From positions 310,001-374,000 of the forward strand of contig NIVC01000891.1 of assembly GCA_002269645.1 (NCBI GenBank): a DNA stretch of 64,000 bases, given 5' to 3'. The first letter of the stretch is position 1. Each line of letters begins with the position of its first letter. A program made the position numbers and the translations under genes. The notes under the pieces were generated by a model. That model was not told where the DNA came from and did not search any database. It saw only the letters and a program-made list of their open reading frames with translations. This DNA is from Macrostomum lignano (lineage: Eukaryota). Shown here piece by piece: positions 12,960-25,260 of the stretch.

Positions 12960-13526
12960 ATGAGCGCCAAGCAGGCAACCAAGGTGTACTTCTGCCGGCA
13001 CGCCCAGTCGACTTTCAACTCCAGCGGCGACAACTCGCCAGACGTGCCGCTGTCCTCGGCTGGCGAGGCCCAGGCGCGGCAGCTCAGCGGCCACTTTAGC
13101 CTGGTGCTCTGCTCGCCGATGCGCCGCGCTCAGCTCACCCTGCGGCTCAGCGAGATCACCTACGACCGGCTGGAGACCGTCCAGGAGTTGCGCGAGCAGC
13201 TGAACGAAGGCAGCGACCTGCTGCCTGGCGAGGGCTACGAGAAGCTGGGCGAGTCGGACGCGAGCCTCGCCAGTCGGGTCAGCCAGGTGCGCAACCGCCT
13301 GCTGCAGGTGAGCGATTGCTATTCTCCTGCACTTGTGCGTTGTTGTTACTGGCTTGACACACATCGCAACACTTTGCAGGAGCTTGCCGACAACAAGTCG
13401 CAGGCTGACTTTCGCATCCTGGTTGTGTCGCACCTGTTCACCGGGTACGCCCTGTTCCAGGCCTGTGGAGTCCGGTCTCCGGACCTGCGCAATGCCAAGA
13501 TTGTGCCGCTGCCAGGCCTGCACTGA
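12960..13526 (+). CDS. Histidine phosphatase (PGAM-like) paralog 3; exons 12960-13307 and 13380-13526 (~164 aa)
   Basis: Motifs YFCRHAQS, SPMRRAQLT, ELRE and VVSH. A 72-nt intron (GTGAG at 13308 to TTGCAG ending at 13379) has no counterpart in the paralogs. AATAAA at ~13922. Confidence 0.9.
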   Translation: MSAKQATKVYFCRHAQSTFNSSGDNSPDVPLSSAGEAQARQLSGHFSLVLCSPMRRAQLTLRLSEITYDRLETVQELREQLNEGSDLLPGEGYEKLGESDASLASRVSQVRNRLLQVSDCYSPALVRCCYWLDTHRNTLQELADNKSQADFRILVVSHLFTGYALFQACGVRSPDLRNAKIVPLPGLH

Positions 13527-13585
13527 CCTGATTGGCACTGGCGACTGCTGGACTCACTGTGCTCAAATTTGCGTTCTGGCCTTCC

Positions 13586-13882
13586 ACCGTGACCAGCCCA
13601 CCGACCACCGTGACCACCCCACCGTGACCACCCAACCGTGACCTGTCCACCGACCACCGTGACCACCCCACCGTGACCACCCCACCGTGACCACCCAACC
13701 GTGACCAGCCCACCGTGACCACCCCACCGTGACCACCCAACCGTGACCAGTCCACCGACCACCGTGACCACCCAACCGTGACCACCCAACCGTGACCACC
13801 CAACCGTGACCAGCCCACCGTGACCAGCCCACCGTGACCACCCCACCGTGACCACCCAACCGTGACCACCCAACCGTGACCA
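13586..13882. repeat. Degenerate CCGTGACCACCCA(A) minisatellite in the probable 3' UTR of paralog 3
   Basis: Tandem 14-18 bp units between the stop codon and AATAAA. Confidence 0.9.
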
Positions 13883-14172
13883 GGCTCCATACTAGCGTCA
13901 CTGTAACAGAGTATCAATACGAATAAAGCATTTCCATATTCATCGAGCTCTCGATCAGAAGCCATGCGAATTTATTTGCAGGCAGAGCAAAGCCCTGCAT
14001 TGAAATGGGTACTCTGCTTTAATGTCCGTTTTAATTTTCTCTCTAGAGATATTCAAATAGATTTTATTACAATAAAAAACTGGAGATTGCAATTAATCTT
14101 GTATGCTTTATAATGAACTTTTCGACCCGACGTTAAAAAGTATTTGGCGTTTCTTCATATTTGAAATTAATA

Positions 14173-14410
<238 letters not shown>

Positions 14411-15182
14411 TACTATATAAACCACCACAACCAAGTTTATTAAAACACAGGAGACTTGCAATTGTGCTACAATCCAATCAAGCATATTTGTGTATTTATT
14501 AAAAATTTTCGCTTATGACTTCACTCGCTTGCGTTCTTTGGGCTTTTACATATGAGTCATAAAAAATTTTGAAGCCAAATTTCCATTAAGATATGCAAAA
14601 GTAAAAAGGGTTGCTAGTCTCAATTCTCCAATCCGGTTTCTGAGCATTCAGTGCAGGCATTTTTCATACAAAGATTCTTCTAAATCAGCGCATTCAACAC
14701 CCGACCGGCAGGATTCAGGTGGGGATTATTCGAGCAAATGAATTTCTTCTAAAAAATAAATTATTCGATCAACTTTACGTGAAATAAAGGTGAAAAGCCA
14801 AGAAGACTTGGCTCTAGAATCGATCGAGAGGGCTGCTGGTTTGCTGTAAATGTCACATTGACATGGCAGAGCAGCTTAGGTGACAACAAATGAAAATGTA
14901 AATTTGATTTTCTACTCGCTTTTCCGGGTTTGTTTTCTGCGTTTCAGCGCGAATTTAAAATTCCAAAGTTGACACTTTTCTGAACTTAAAAATCGATACA
15001 GCGGTCGCCAACGTTCGGCGAATACATATCTAGCTAACTGGGCGTAGTGTCCTAAGGAATCTGCACTCAAATCCCGTAGGTGATGCAGTGGATTAGAAGT
15101 ACATATGCATGTAAAAAAAGAATTTCCTAACACAATTAAGTCTCAACTTTCTCCATCGTCGCGCGTCGTCTGTTTCGCCGTC

Positions 15183-18100
15183 TCAGACGTCGTCTACTTC
15201 GTCGCAGCGGGTGACCCGCTCCCTGTAGACCAGCTCCTCGCTGTTCATGTCTAGGAACAGCATCACCATGGCAACGATGACGCTGAGCACGGAGACCCAG
15301 CCGATGTAGTAGGCCCAGCCGATGTCCCACTGGGCAGCCGTCTGCGGCGCCCGGCGCTCCGAGATCTCGCGCATGTGGCTGATGGGGAAGGCGATCAGGG
15401 CCACCGACTCGACCAGGGCTGTGGGAGTGTCCGATATGTAGCGATGTCAATGCGTGTTTTACTGCATGCGGCTTTGAGGCGATATGGATTAAATTTTTTC
15501 TATTTACGCATCTTCAGGCTCTATCGAATGAGTCACCAATGTCTCGAGAGGGTTGTCGGAGGCTCTGAAGAGTTGCCAATGTTTCTTCTAAAGAGTTACC
15601 CAGTGTCTCTTCTAAAGAGTTACCAATGTCTCTTCTAAAGAGTTACCAATGTCTCTTCTAAAGAGTTACCAATGTCTCTTCTAAAGAGTATATAATGTCT
15701 CTTCTAAAGAGTAGTGTAGTGTGAGCATCTTTTGCGTGTATTTTGTTAGTTAATTGATTGTATTAGTTTCTATATTGTTATTGAATTATTATTTTGCTTT
15801 AGTTTAGTCATGCGTTTTTGGTGTACTTTTTTCTTGTTAGTTAAAATCTGAAATTGTAAACAGGTTAGAAGTCAGACGCCATTTGTGACTCAGCGGAGGG
15901 TTGAGTTTTTGTCTGCGAACCCAGCTTTACGCGGCCAGCCAATCAGAACCGGCCTGGACCCTGGCACGCGGCAAGCTCCAATTCTACCCGGCGCCGCGGG
16001 CACAGTGCAAGTCGGCTTAACGGGCGACCGGCCAGACGACCACCACCCGGCTTAGGGGGGTTTTGAGGGTTTGACTCTGACTATATATGAAAGTGTATTT
16101 GGCAATTGGATCTCACTTTCCTTCTTTCCCCGGTTTTGATTTTGTCCCGGTTCCCCGGCTGTTCGCCCGATCTTTTTGGTTCGCGCTTTGAGGCGTTTGA
16201 ATTCGTCACCCCCGGTCAATATTTTGTTCTCCGCCCGACCGCTTCAGTCTTGTAGCGTAACGATTCGGCATCCTTGTCTGACGTCGTCGCTATCAAGCGC
16301 GGTTTAGATAGAGACTGTCGGATCAGATCAAGTACGCGGCCTCGACCCCGAGGGCCTCAGTGTCACACTGAAGGGCAATGCTGATAGAATTTAGTCAGTG
16401 CTCCGTTGAACGGTCAATTCGGCAGGGCTCTCGTTGGAGCGTAGGTTCTGGTTTAGGCCAGGGGTTATGAGTCTTCTCCGTGGTCGTGTTCGGTTCTTCC
16501 TCCTCTTCCTCAGCTGAGATCCGTTTGCCAATTGCGTTATTAATTTATCATCGCTAATCGTTATTACTCGTTATCATCAGCGTCAATTTATCTGCGCCGT
16601 GAATCGTTTTGAGAACCTTGTAACCTATTATAGCTTGTTAAATTAAACTGTCGATCAAGTTTAGTTATTCTTGAAATAGGATTATCACTCTCTAAATCTT
16701 TTGGTTCGTGTTCCCTCGTGTTCTTTCTTTTCTTGTACTGTACCTGCGGCTATTGGAGAAGACTGGTAGAACTCGCCGACCGGCGATAGGCGATTAGGGC
16801 CAATAGCTTTAAAATCTCCGAACGCTCCAAGTAGGTTTGTCTAGGGCCTAAATTATTGCTTACCGTGCATGCTATTGATCTAATTGCCTTTTTATCACAA
16901 GATATAATGTCTCTTCTAAAGAGTATATAATGTCTCTTCTAAAGAGTATATAATGTCTCTTCTAAAGAGTATATAATGTCTCTTCTAAAGAGTTATCAAT
17001 GTCTCTTCTAAAGAGTTACCAATGTCTCTTCTAAAGAGTTGCCAAGTCTCTAGAGCGTTGTCGGGGGCTCTAAAGAGTTACCAATGCCCCTAGATCACGT
17101 TATCGGGGGTTCTAAAGAGTTACCAATATCTCTAGAGCGTTGTCGGATCGAGGCTCTAAAGAGTTAAAAATGTCTCTAGAGCGTTGTCGGATCCAGGCTC
17201 TAAAGAGTTACCAATGTCTCTAGAGGTTATAGTTACTAACGTGTGAAGGGGGTTGTCAGAGGCTCTAGAGAGAGTTACCGATGTCTTAAAGGAGGGTCTG
17301 TCAGAGGCTCCAATGGTTACAAGGCTTCAACACTTCAACAGTAAGCAGGCTAATTTTGGTTTGATTTTTTTCTGCATTTCATGGCAGTCTTACATTAAAT
17401 GAGATGGCCGTACAGACGTAAAATTCATATCGTTGAAGTAGTTGGTTCTGAACTGGCATGAGTATAACTAGGAGTCGTTGATGAAGTTTCGTTCTAAGTT
17501 TGCAAAACTATAAGCCTAGACGATGCTACTTCAAGTAGTTGAAAAATTTATTTTGTAGCCGTTCGCTGCTATCTTAGGGGCCAGAAACAGTGTGTATTTA
17601 ATCACACCCTCGTGCGCACCGCAGGACCCCTTCAGCTGTGAAATTCATCTGCGCTTTTAATGATTTCTTTGCGTGCACTCTTGCGCGGGGTTTTTGCTGG
17701 ACCAATCCCGAGCTCCGGGCAATTACCGTGCCAGACTAGAAATCAGAATCGGGAGGCCGCGAAATCGCTCAGAAAATTATTTTGCCACGCATGGGAACTT
17801 TCTGCTATCCGAGGGCAGCGCGGTTGCCCTTTCTGCCCTCCCTCTGCCACCCCCTCCGATACACTGCACGATTCCACTTCACCTCCGCATTCGAGGCTGG
17901 CATTTTTCTTCAGAGCGTGAGAGGCAGGAAGGGGAGTCCGCTGCTGCCACAGAGACCGGGATTCGAAGAGCCATGCATGGTCGTGGCGCTACAATGTTCA
18001 TCTGTGCGTGAGAGACGGGCAGATCGAGAAACAGCTTCGGGCAACGAGAGACGCAACTGCTGTGCTGCGATCTGAGGGGCAGCCTAAGGGTTTCTGCAGT

Positions 18101-18846
18101 GAAATGTCATGCACAGCATAGAGCTAGTGGCTGGGTTGCTGACTCTTCTCTGACTCTGTCCCCCAACTACCTTATTTTTCCAGCGGCTCGTTGACAGCTC
18201 TCACCTGACACCCCCTGCAGTCCGATGGTGAAGGTGTAAATCACAGCTTTCTTGTTGGCGTCTTTAGTCAACATGCCGCAGGCGTAGGACGTGGCCGCTA
18301 TGCCGCTGATGAGGGCAGCGGAGAGCATCAGGACACCGCAGGCGGCTGAGTATCCTTTACAAAATAAGGGGGTGAAATCAGGTAATTGGACTTGAAACTT
18401 TGAAGACTTTCCAACCTCATGCATATTTCCTGCTCTGAAGTTAATTCAAAATCGAAATCTCACCCGTATTGGCTGGCCGGTAGGTGCAGTCGGAGACATT
18501 GTTGCGGGTCCAGCACTCCTCCCAAAGGCCACTGCAGGTGCTGTCGGAGACGATCCAACTGCTGCTAGCTATGGCTATCATGATGAAGAACAGGTGACCC
18601 AGGGACATCATGAAGGCCAATACCTGAAAGAAGAAGATTTGAAAGAAGAACCTGAAAGCGTAATTCTCTAACATGGTCAGAAGCTTCGAATCTTATCGTA
18701 TTGTCCAATTCAGAGAGACTGAAACCCGAAGGGATTTGTTTAAGATGAAGAGGGGGGAACAGATGGATGCAGGGGGCGCTCACCTTGATCGGCCTGCCAA
18801 CCAGGACGCGGTCCACCCGCACGATGGGCGCCAGGCCGTTCGGCAT
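15183..18846 (-). CDS. tmem47: TMEM47/VAB-9/PERP-like tetraspan protein (claudin/PMP22 superfamily); exons 18846-18784, 18623-18464, 18354-18205, 15418-15183
   Basis: The spliced product reads MPNG...GRPIK|VLAFM...SSSW...GLWEEC...C...; it has four hydrophobic segments and C-terminal GWAYYIGW. All junctions are GT-AG with matching phases (0,1,1). The N-terminal RPIKV pattern resembles TMEM47/VAB-9. Start codon uncertain. Confidence 0.8.
15574..17225. repeat. 23-bp minisatellite (AATGTCTCTTCTAAAGAGTTACC) split by a 1.2-kb insertion
   Basis: Arrays at 15574-15713 and 16902-17225 share the same unit. Confidence 0.9.
15715..16899 (+). mobile_element. Probable solo LTR inserted in the minisatellite
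   Basis: Insertion begins TGT and ends ACA. CCAAT (15939), TATATAT (16082) and ATTAAA (16642) occur in LTR-like order. TSD is only imperfect; no ORF. Confidence 0.5.
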
Positions 18847-20297
18847 CGCCGAGCCCGTGGTGGAGCCCCGCGCCGAGTTCGCCCCGCCAGCCTGCGGAGG
18901 CTTCAAATTGCGGTTCGGCTGCTGCCGAGCGGCCACCGCAGATCCGTCGGCTTCCGCTGCCTCGCAGGACTTGAGGTAGTCCGTGAGAGGATCCGAGTGC
19001 TCCCTGTGATCAATGATTTGGCCTGTGTTTGAGCGGCGAGTCAAGTAAAAACTCAACAGCAACCCTCTCTATACCGCTATCCGCTTCGGCGTTCAGGTCA
19101 AAAGCAATCAAGAAGTTTCTCTGCTTCGGAACAAAAAGGTAACAGAGGGCAGCAGGGAGAAGCCGGGGGAGCTCGGGGAAGCCTGCAGCAGCGGATCTCT
19201 GGGCGCCGTTCGCTTTTCTCTATTCCATCAAGTTGCCCGCTTACGTTAGAAAAAAGTGCAAATGCGCGCAGAAAATCCCCCAGGTGCGCGCCAGCGAATG
19301 GTGGATCGAGATATCGCAAGGGAAGAGACTTAGGGAAGAGGAATGGGGGAACAGATAAGCTGTGGGTTCGGCTAAGCCCTTCTGGGCGGGAGGCCAGTGG
19401 ACAACGAAGAGAAGAACACAGCGGCGCCGCACGCACACGTGACGCCCAGTCTCCTAAGCTGACCTTCTTCCCTAGCGTTCTGCAGCCGCGTTTTCTCTAT
19501 CTCTTCTATCTCGCTTTCCGTTTCGGTTCCTTGCACCCACAAAAGGGACAACCCCGGCCTCCTGAATGAGGGCAGTTTGGCTGGCCCAAGGAGAAGGCAG
19601 GATCAGCTGGAATCTGACGAAAATGCGCTAACCCCGCGTGCGTCAGACGTCGGCAAAGTCGGACAAATATGGGGAGAAGACGCCATCGATGGAAGGGAGA
19701 ATATCACTATAGATCAGCGGGCTGGCGTGTTGCGAGTGCCCCGAGAGAATGTCCGCCAGATTGCCGGACGCCCTCCGCAGAAGATGACGTGCATGCCGGG
19801 AGAGGCGCAGGAGAGAGAGAGCGATTGGATACTGTCGGATTGCCCAGCTACCGCAGAAAATGTCAGTATCAGAGAGTAAGAGCCCCTTGAAGTCCATGTC
19901 CAGAGCCCAATGGTGCGGAGGACCAGGGAAGAATCTTCAATTACGGACCTTAGCGGTCTTCTTTCTGTTTGCTGTTGATAAGAAATTAAGTTGTGACGTC
20001 TAAGTCCAGAAACGCCCCAATGCTTTTAGATTCAACTTATTCGAAGTAAGACATACGAAATTTGTTACGTGTGCACTTCAAAATCAATTATCCAAGCCGA
20101 CCAGGCAAATACAGTCAATACAAATATATGCAGGATATGCATGTGCGTACATGTACCTATATGCAGCCGTTTTACAAAAGTGCTGTAGATGGATGCAGCT
20201 ACTGTTGTGTTTATACATGCACAGTGTTCATATAAATATGTTTATTTTTAGAGATCGTTACAATAACAAACGCTGTCAGGGTTTTTAGAAGGCAACG

Positions 20298-21480
20298 TCA
20301 CAGGGCGCGCCTCTGTGCCAGGTCGCGAACGAAGGCCCCGCCGCTGACCGAAGCCGAGACACCGGCGTCAGCCAGCAGGCAAGTCGACGAAACTCCGAGT
20401 CCGCGCCTGTCCCCGCCGGTGGGTGTCTGCAGCGTCAGCAGCAGCATCTCCTGCACCGTCTGTGGGATGTTCTGACCCGTCAACTGGAGTTACCGACGGC
20501 ACAACACGCGCGTCTCTTGGACGGACCAGGCCGGCGCTGTGATCCAGTGCCGCGTTGGAAACTCAATCTTGAAGGCAGCGCGTTAGTGTTCCGCGTCTAC
20601 TTGTTGCTCGAACGAGTTGTTCAGCATCCAGTTCCCAACGTGGTACAGCTGGACGGTCTCGACCACTGCCTAAAACAGCGCTTGCCCTCTGGCGGTCAGG
20701 TACGGCCTCGTAGTGCAGGACTGCCCTCACAGAACGAAAGGCAGCCCAGGCAAGCTCGCGGGGACGCAGCAGGTCCTCACGGACGAAGAGAACCAGAACC
20801 AGACCCCGAGAGGTAGATGAACTGCTGACTACTCGGAAGCTCCGTCACCTGTGTCCTCGGCGCAAAATTGCAGACTCGATGTCGTCCGGCACGCAAAGCA
20901 CGACGCGGTCTTCTGTGTGTTGACCACCAGGCCGACACTCACCGCAACAGCAACCAGCTTGTCCAGTTGTCGCTGAGTGCCCTCGACAGCAGGGAGAAAT
21001 CGTCGGCGTAGCCAAGCACGCAGAGTCGCCTCTCCGCGGTTGACATCGACCCACGTCGGTTGACGTCGAAGCCGTCGTCGTTGTTTGAAAGAGCAAATCG
21101 CAGCACTTAGTCAAGCACCAAAGGAACAGGAACGGTGCTAGCGTATCTCCCTGCAGAATTATAGAGATCGATGTCTCAAAAAGGTATGATAGGCTATCCG
21201 GTGCTGCAACAGCAGGTTTTGCATCACGGTACATTGCCACCATGATGGCAGATACATGTACTAAAGCTTCTCTGGCGAGTTGCACGCACGGAGCAACCTC
21301 TATGAGCTTGGACATGACAACCGAGTCGAATGCCTTCTCGAATGGCCACGGGGCCAGAAGCCGTACTGCTACATGTAAAGGACGCAGGCACGGATCTCAG
21401 CACCGACTGCAACCGCGATAACAGCATCCGGTTAAAAGGCTTTACAGCGCGGCATGACTGAAGGCATAAGCCTCATGATT
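20298..21480 (-). pseudogene. Degenerate RTE-clade LINE fragment (RT and C-terminal end)
   Basis: Motifs in shifting frames: QYGF, KAFDSV, ILQGDTLAPFLF, LGYADD, VETVQLYH.GNWMLNNSFEQQVDAEH.RAAFKI, and the terminus CLLADAG...FVRDLAQRRAL*. Multiple stops and frameshifts. Confidence 0.8.
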
Positions 21481-22710
21481 CTAACGCCTTGTGGTGCCCG
21501 CACTCAACACGTTTGTTGTTGTGTTACAACACTTATGCACATGTAGTGTTACACAATTAAGTAGTGTAATTTTATTCGCAGTCGATCTCTCGACAAAACA
21601 TGTAAACTTGCGCAGCTTTAACGATTCTTCAAGTTATAGCTTAAAGGGTACCTCATCGTTAGTTGTTACCAAGTGGTTAACGAACTTTATCTTTGGCGCT
21701 TGTAACTTGCAGCTCACGCCCATGCCTCTACACATGTACTATATGTACATGTACTACATGTTGGGTAGTATAGCTGCAGCGTATATATGTCCGCTCATGG
21801 TGTAAGCTGCCATTTCTAACTCGAGATTAATACTTACGCCGACTTTGTTTCGTTATTTATACATGCGCAGCTGCAATTGAGGGCTCGATAATCGGAAGTT
21901 AAATAAAATTACTTTGTAGCAACATACATGTATAGTTAACTTTTGAGTGTCTGTAAGGTAAACTCAAATATGTAATGGCCCTTGCTGTATTTTTACACAT
22001 AAATATGCAGTGATGGCAGCAAACACTCACATAATATCTAGAACACAAAAACTCATCGACACCATAAAGAGTCAAAACCAAAGACCAGACAAAGTATTCA
22101 TATACATGTACCTACAGATCCAATAGAGCCCAGGTCAAAAAGTTGTCAAAGTTCCCGTAGTTGTCATGAGAGCTGCAAGTCTTTTGAAGAATCAAAAATA
22201 CATCGAATTGACGACTATCCTTTAAACCAGAAGCACTCGCTGATGGAGCCTGCAATGTAAAGAAAGTTTTGTTGTAACCAGCTAAAATTTCAGAGAAAAT
22301 CAGTGCCTGATTTGAATTCCCGAAGAACGTAATTATCAATGGTCGGGCTGGTCGGGCTGGGTCCCACAATTCTGTGACGTGACAGACATTTGGTGACAAC
22401 TTGACGTTAATAATGATATGGCCAGGCCAAGTCGGGCCACTCGACCATGCTGACTGCTCTTGATCTTAACGATAACTAAGCTTGTTTTGAAAGTCCCTTC
22501 CCCATTCTAAAAAAACGCTTTCGTTGTACACAATTTAAATGACTTAAAATTCACCTAAGTTCCTAAAGTTGTTAAAGCGCCATGCCTAGGCCTAGTGCAT
22601 TCTTACTGGATGAGCGCTCTTTTAACCGTCTAGGCTTCATTCATTAATACAAGTATTGTAAGAATATATAGGCCTCAGAAAGGCTTAGATGATTTAAATG
22701 TCTACAAGTT

Positions 22711-22748
<38 letters not shown>

Positions 22749-22825
22749 AAATAGTGAAAATGTGATAACTGAGATAACTATTCTATTTTTGGGGAAAGCT
22801 AAAGCTATATTGTGTATCTTTTATT

Positions 22826-23400
22826 TTGACCTTGACTTGACTTACTTGACTTAGCTGCAGGGCTGTCCCAGAGGGCAGAAGGGGACACAGGCACACAGCA
22901 AGAAGGTGCAAATGCCCATTCCACTAATCCCTGGATGGCTGGCATGTCGCTATGGATGATTATCCATAGTCGGCTCGAAGGCCATGATAAAGGTTGGTAG
23001 GCTACCCTTAAATGGGTGCAGTACCTACCTTAGCCACTCCACCTTAGGCAATGAGCCAAAAGAATCCTCAAGGCTGGCGTAACACTACACTAGGTCTAGG
23101 AGAGGGACTGCTTGCAACCAGACAACTCCCTAGCCTTCTAGCCTATTGGCATGGTCAACACTTTAAGCATTAGAAGGTACATTAAGTAATACCATAGCCT
23201 GCAGACTGGCAAGCCAGACCTGCATATCCAAGTTTGCAAAAGCCATTGAATAGGTCTTTATCATTGGAGCCCAGTCTGTCCAGCAGCCCTAGGGTTTGCC
23301 TTGAAATCTTGAACACTTGCTCGCAAGGATGGGTACCCCTGTCCCTAGGTTGGCTTGCAAGACAACATAGGGGGGGGGGAGGGTCTATGGCTGCCAATAG
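22826..23400 (-). mobile_element. Possible highly decayed LINE 3' end with (AGTCA)n tail
   Basis: Stop-riddled frame WLR*VLH...GSLPTFIMAFEPT resembles RTE C-termini; it is followed by a pentamer tail (TTGAC repeats at 22826-22852 on the + strand). Confidence 0.3.
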
Positions 23401-24573
23401 CAAATAGAAGATGTAGATCTCACACTACTAGCCTTCACTTGTTAAAGATAGAGCCTAGGAGATAGGCTTGCATAGAGTATCACAGACCTTAGCCCATAGG
23501 CTTAGTCTGTCTCATACTTCATTGGCATGCTGAATATGCCCATGCAAGCTTATTTTGACCTTTCTTCTATATAAATATTTTCATTTAATCATTTAATATA
23601 GTATTTTATTTACTTTAAAACTTAAGATAAATAAAATAAAATAATTTTTTAGAAAAGTTAGGAAAAATTAAAAAATTATGTACCTAAAGTTCAATAATTC
23701 CTATTTTATTATTATATTATTAAATAGCTATTAGAATATTCAATAGGCCTAACCTAGAATAGGCCTAGTTAACTTTTTCAAACATGTCATATAGCATTGT
23801 CACTTTCTTTGCATTTGCATTATGTTATTGCTAAGTAAAATGCACTTGATGGTCTATAGGTTTAGCCAATTTATTTAGCCAAAGATTTATATTGGCTAAA
23901 TATCAACTTCAATAGAAAAACTGCCAATGGGGTATAAAAAGAAAAAACAAGCAGGTAAAAATGCAATAAATTTTCTAGGAATAGATGGTATACTTAGTTA
24001 TATTATAGCCATATCAGTATCATTAGAATTTTTTTAAATTGATAATTTTATTCCTTGTTGGAAATAGGTAAATTTTGAATTTTTTTAATCTGGAAAATGT
24101 GCATTATTGTATGTGTACATATACATGATATACATATATATGTACCTTAGTAATCTGTGCCCTATTAAAAATTTTCTGGATCTACACCTGGTCAGTGCCT
24201 ATGGTTTTTATTAGATCTAGGGGGCCGTGTGCTCCATGGTGCACTCTAAGCATTATTGTCACACAGCCCACAATAGGCATTACTGCCCATTATACCAAAT
24301 TCCCTGAGCATGTATACAAGATTGCAGATACTTACATAGGCACACTTACACAAGAGGGTACGGTGCCCCTGACTTATTTATCATTAGGTAGGCGTGCACA
24401 CTTTACTGTGCCTGTGGGGTTGGCGCTCAAGGGCATTAATTGCACAGGCAGACCCCAGCTGATATTCCAATTTAGCCTCAAATCAATGTGACTGCACTTG
24501 GAATCGAGCCTGGGCTGCTGGCACTCAAGAGAGCACTAGTCTATGGCAAAGGCTGTGTAATTGCCCATGTGAT

Positions 24574-25260
24574 TTGTCTCCATTCCAGTCGCTTACCCTT
24601 TGTGCAGTCCGCCTGTTTGGTGGCGCAACTTGTCGCCGCACGCTGCCGCAGCTCATCAGTGGCATGTCGGCAGCCAGCAACTCTGCGCCAGTCCATCTTG
24701 GTAACCTAGCAACCAGATGCCAACTATCTAAGCAGCAGCAGTGCCCAGTACGATATTTCTGCTCCCAACAGCAGCAGCAGCAGAGCTCCGAGTCATTCTG
24801 GCAGAGAATCTGGCGCACCTACAAGACCCAAACAAAGGTTGTGCTGGGCGTGCACATTGTCGGCTCGGTGATCTGGTTTACCTGCGTGTACACCTTCGTC
24901 AGCAGTAGCGAGGTCAACCTGCCCCAGCTGCTGCAGCGCTACCTGCCCCACCGGCTGTACTCGGCCATTCCCGACCAGGCGATGGAGACTCTGTCCAATC
25001 CCAGCGTTGGCGCCCTGGCCGCCGCTCTGGTGCTCTACAAGCTGATCTTCCCAGTGCGCGACCTGTGCACCATCCTGCTGACTCCGCCCACCCTGGCCGC
25101 CCTGCGCCGGCTCGGCCTCATCGACAAGCTGCGCGCCGAGGACCGACTGCGCGCTATCACGCGCGACAAGAGCCGGGAAACTTATCTCAAGCTGCAGCGG
25201 CAGGCCAAGGAGGTGCGGGCCAAGGCTGGCGCAGACAGAAAAAGTGGCGGGAAACGTTGA
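24574..25260 (+). CDS. fam210: FAM210/DUF1279-like mitochondrial membrane protein, intronless CDS
   Basis: Acid-poor, presequence-like N-terminus, then FWQRIWRTYK..VVLGVHIV...ALAAALVLYKLIFPVR..CTILLTP. Likely start is ATG 24664; ORF start 24574 is GTG. Confidence 0.85.
   Translation: MSPFQSLTLCAVRLFGGATCRRTLPQLISGMSAASNSAPVHLGNLATRCQLSKQQQCPVRYFCSQQQQQQSSESFWQRIWRTYKTQTKVVLGVHIVGSVIWFTCVYTFVSSSEVNLPQLLQRYLPHRLYSAIPDQAMETLSNPSVGALAAALVLYKLIFPVRDLCTILLTPPTLAALRRLGLIDKLRAEDRLRAITRDKSRETYLKLQRQAKEVRAKAGADRKSGGKR

Noticed and set aside
19577-19897. Overlapping short ORFs upstream of the TMEM47-like gene
   Set aside because: GC-rich, probably regulatory DNA; no homology signal.
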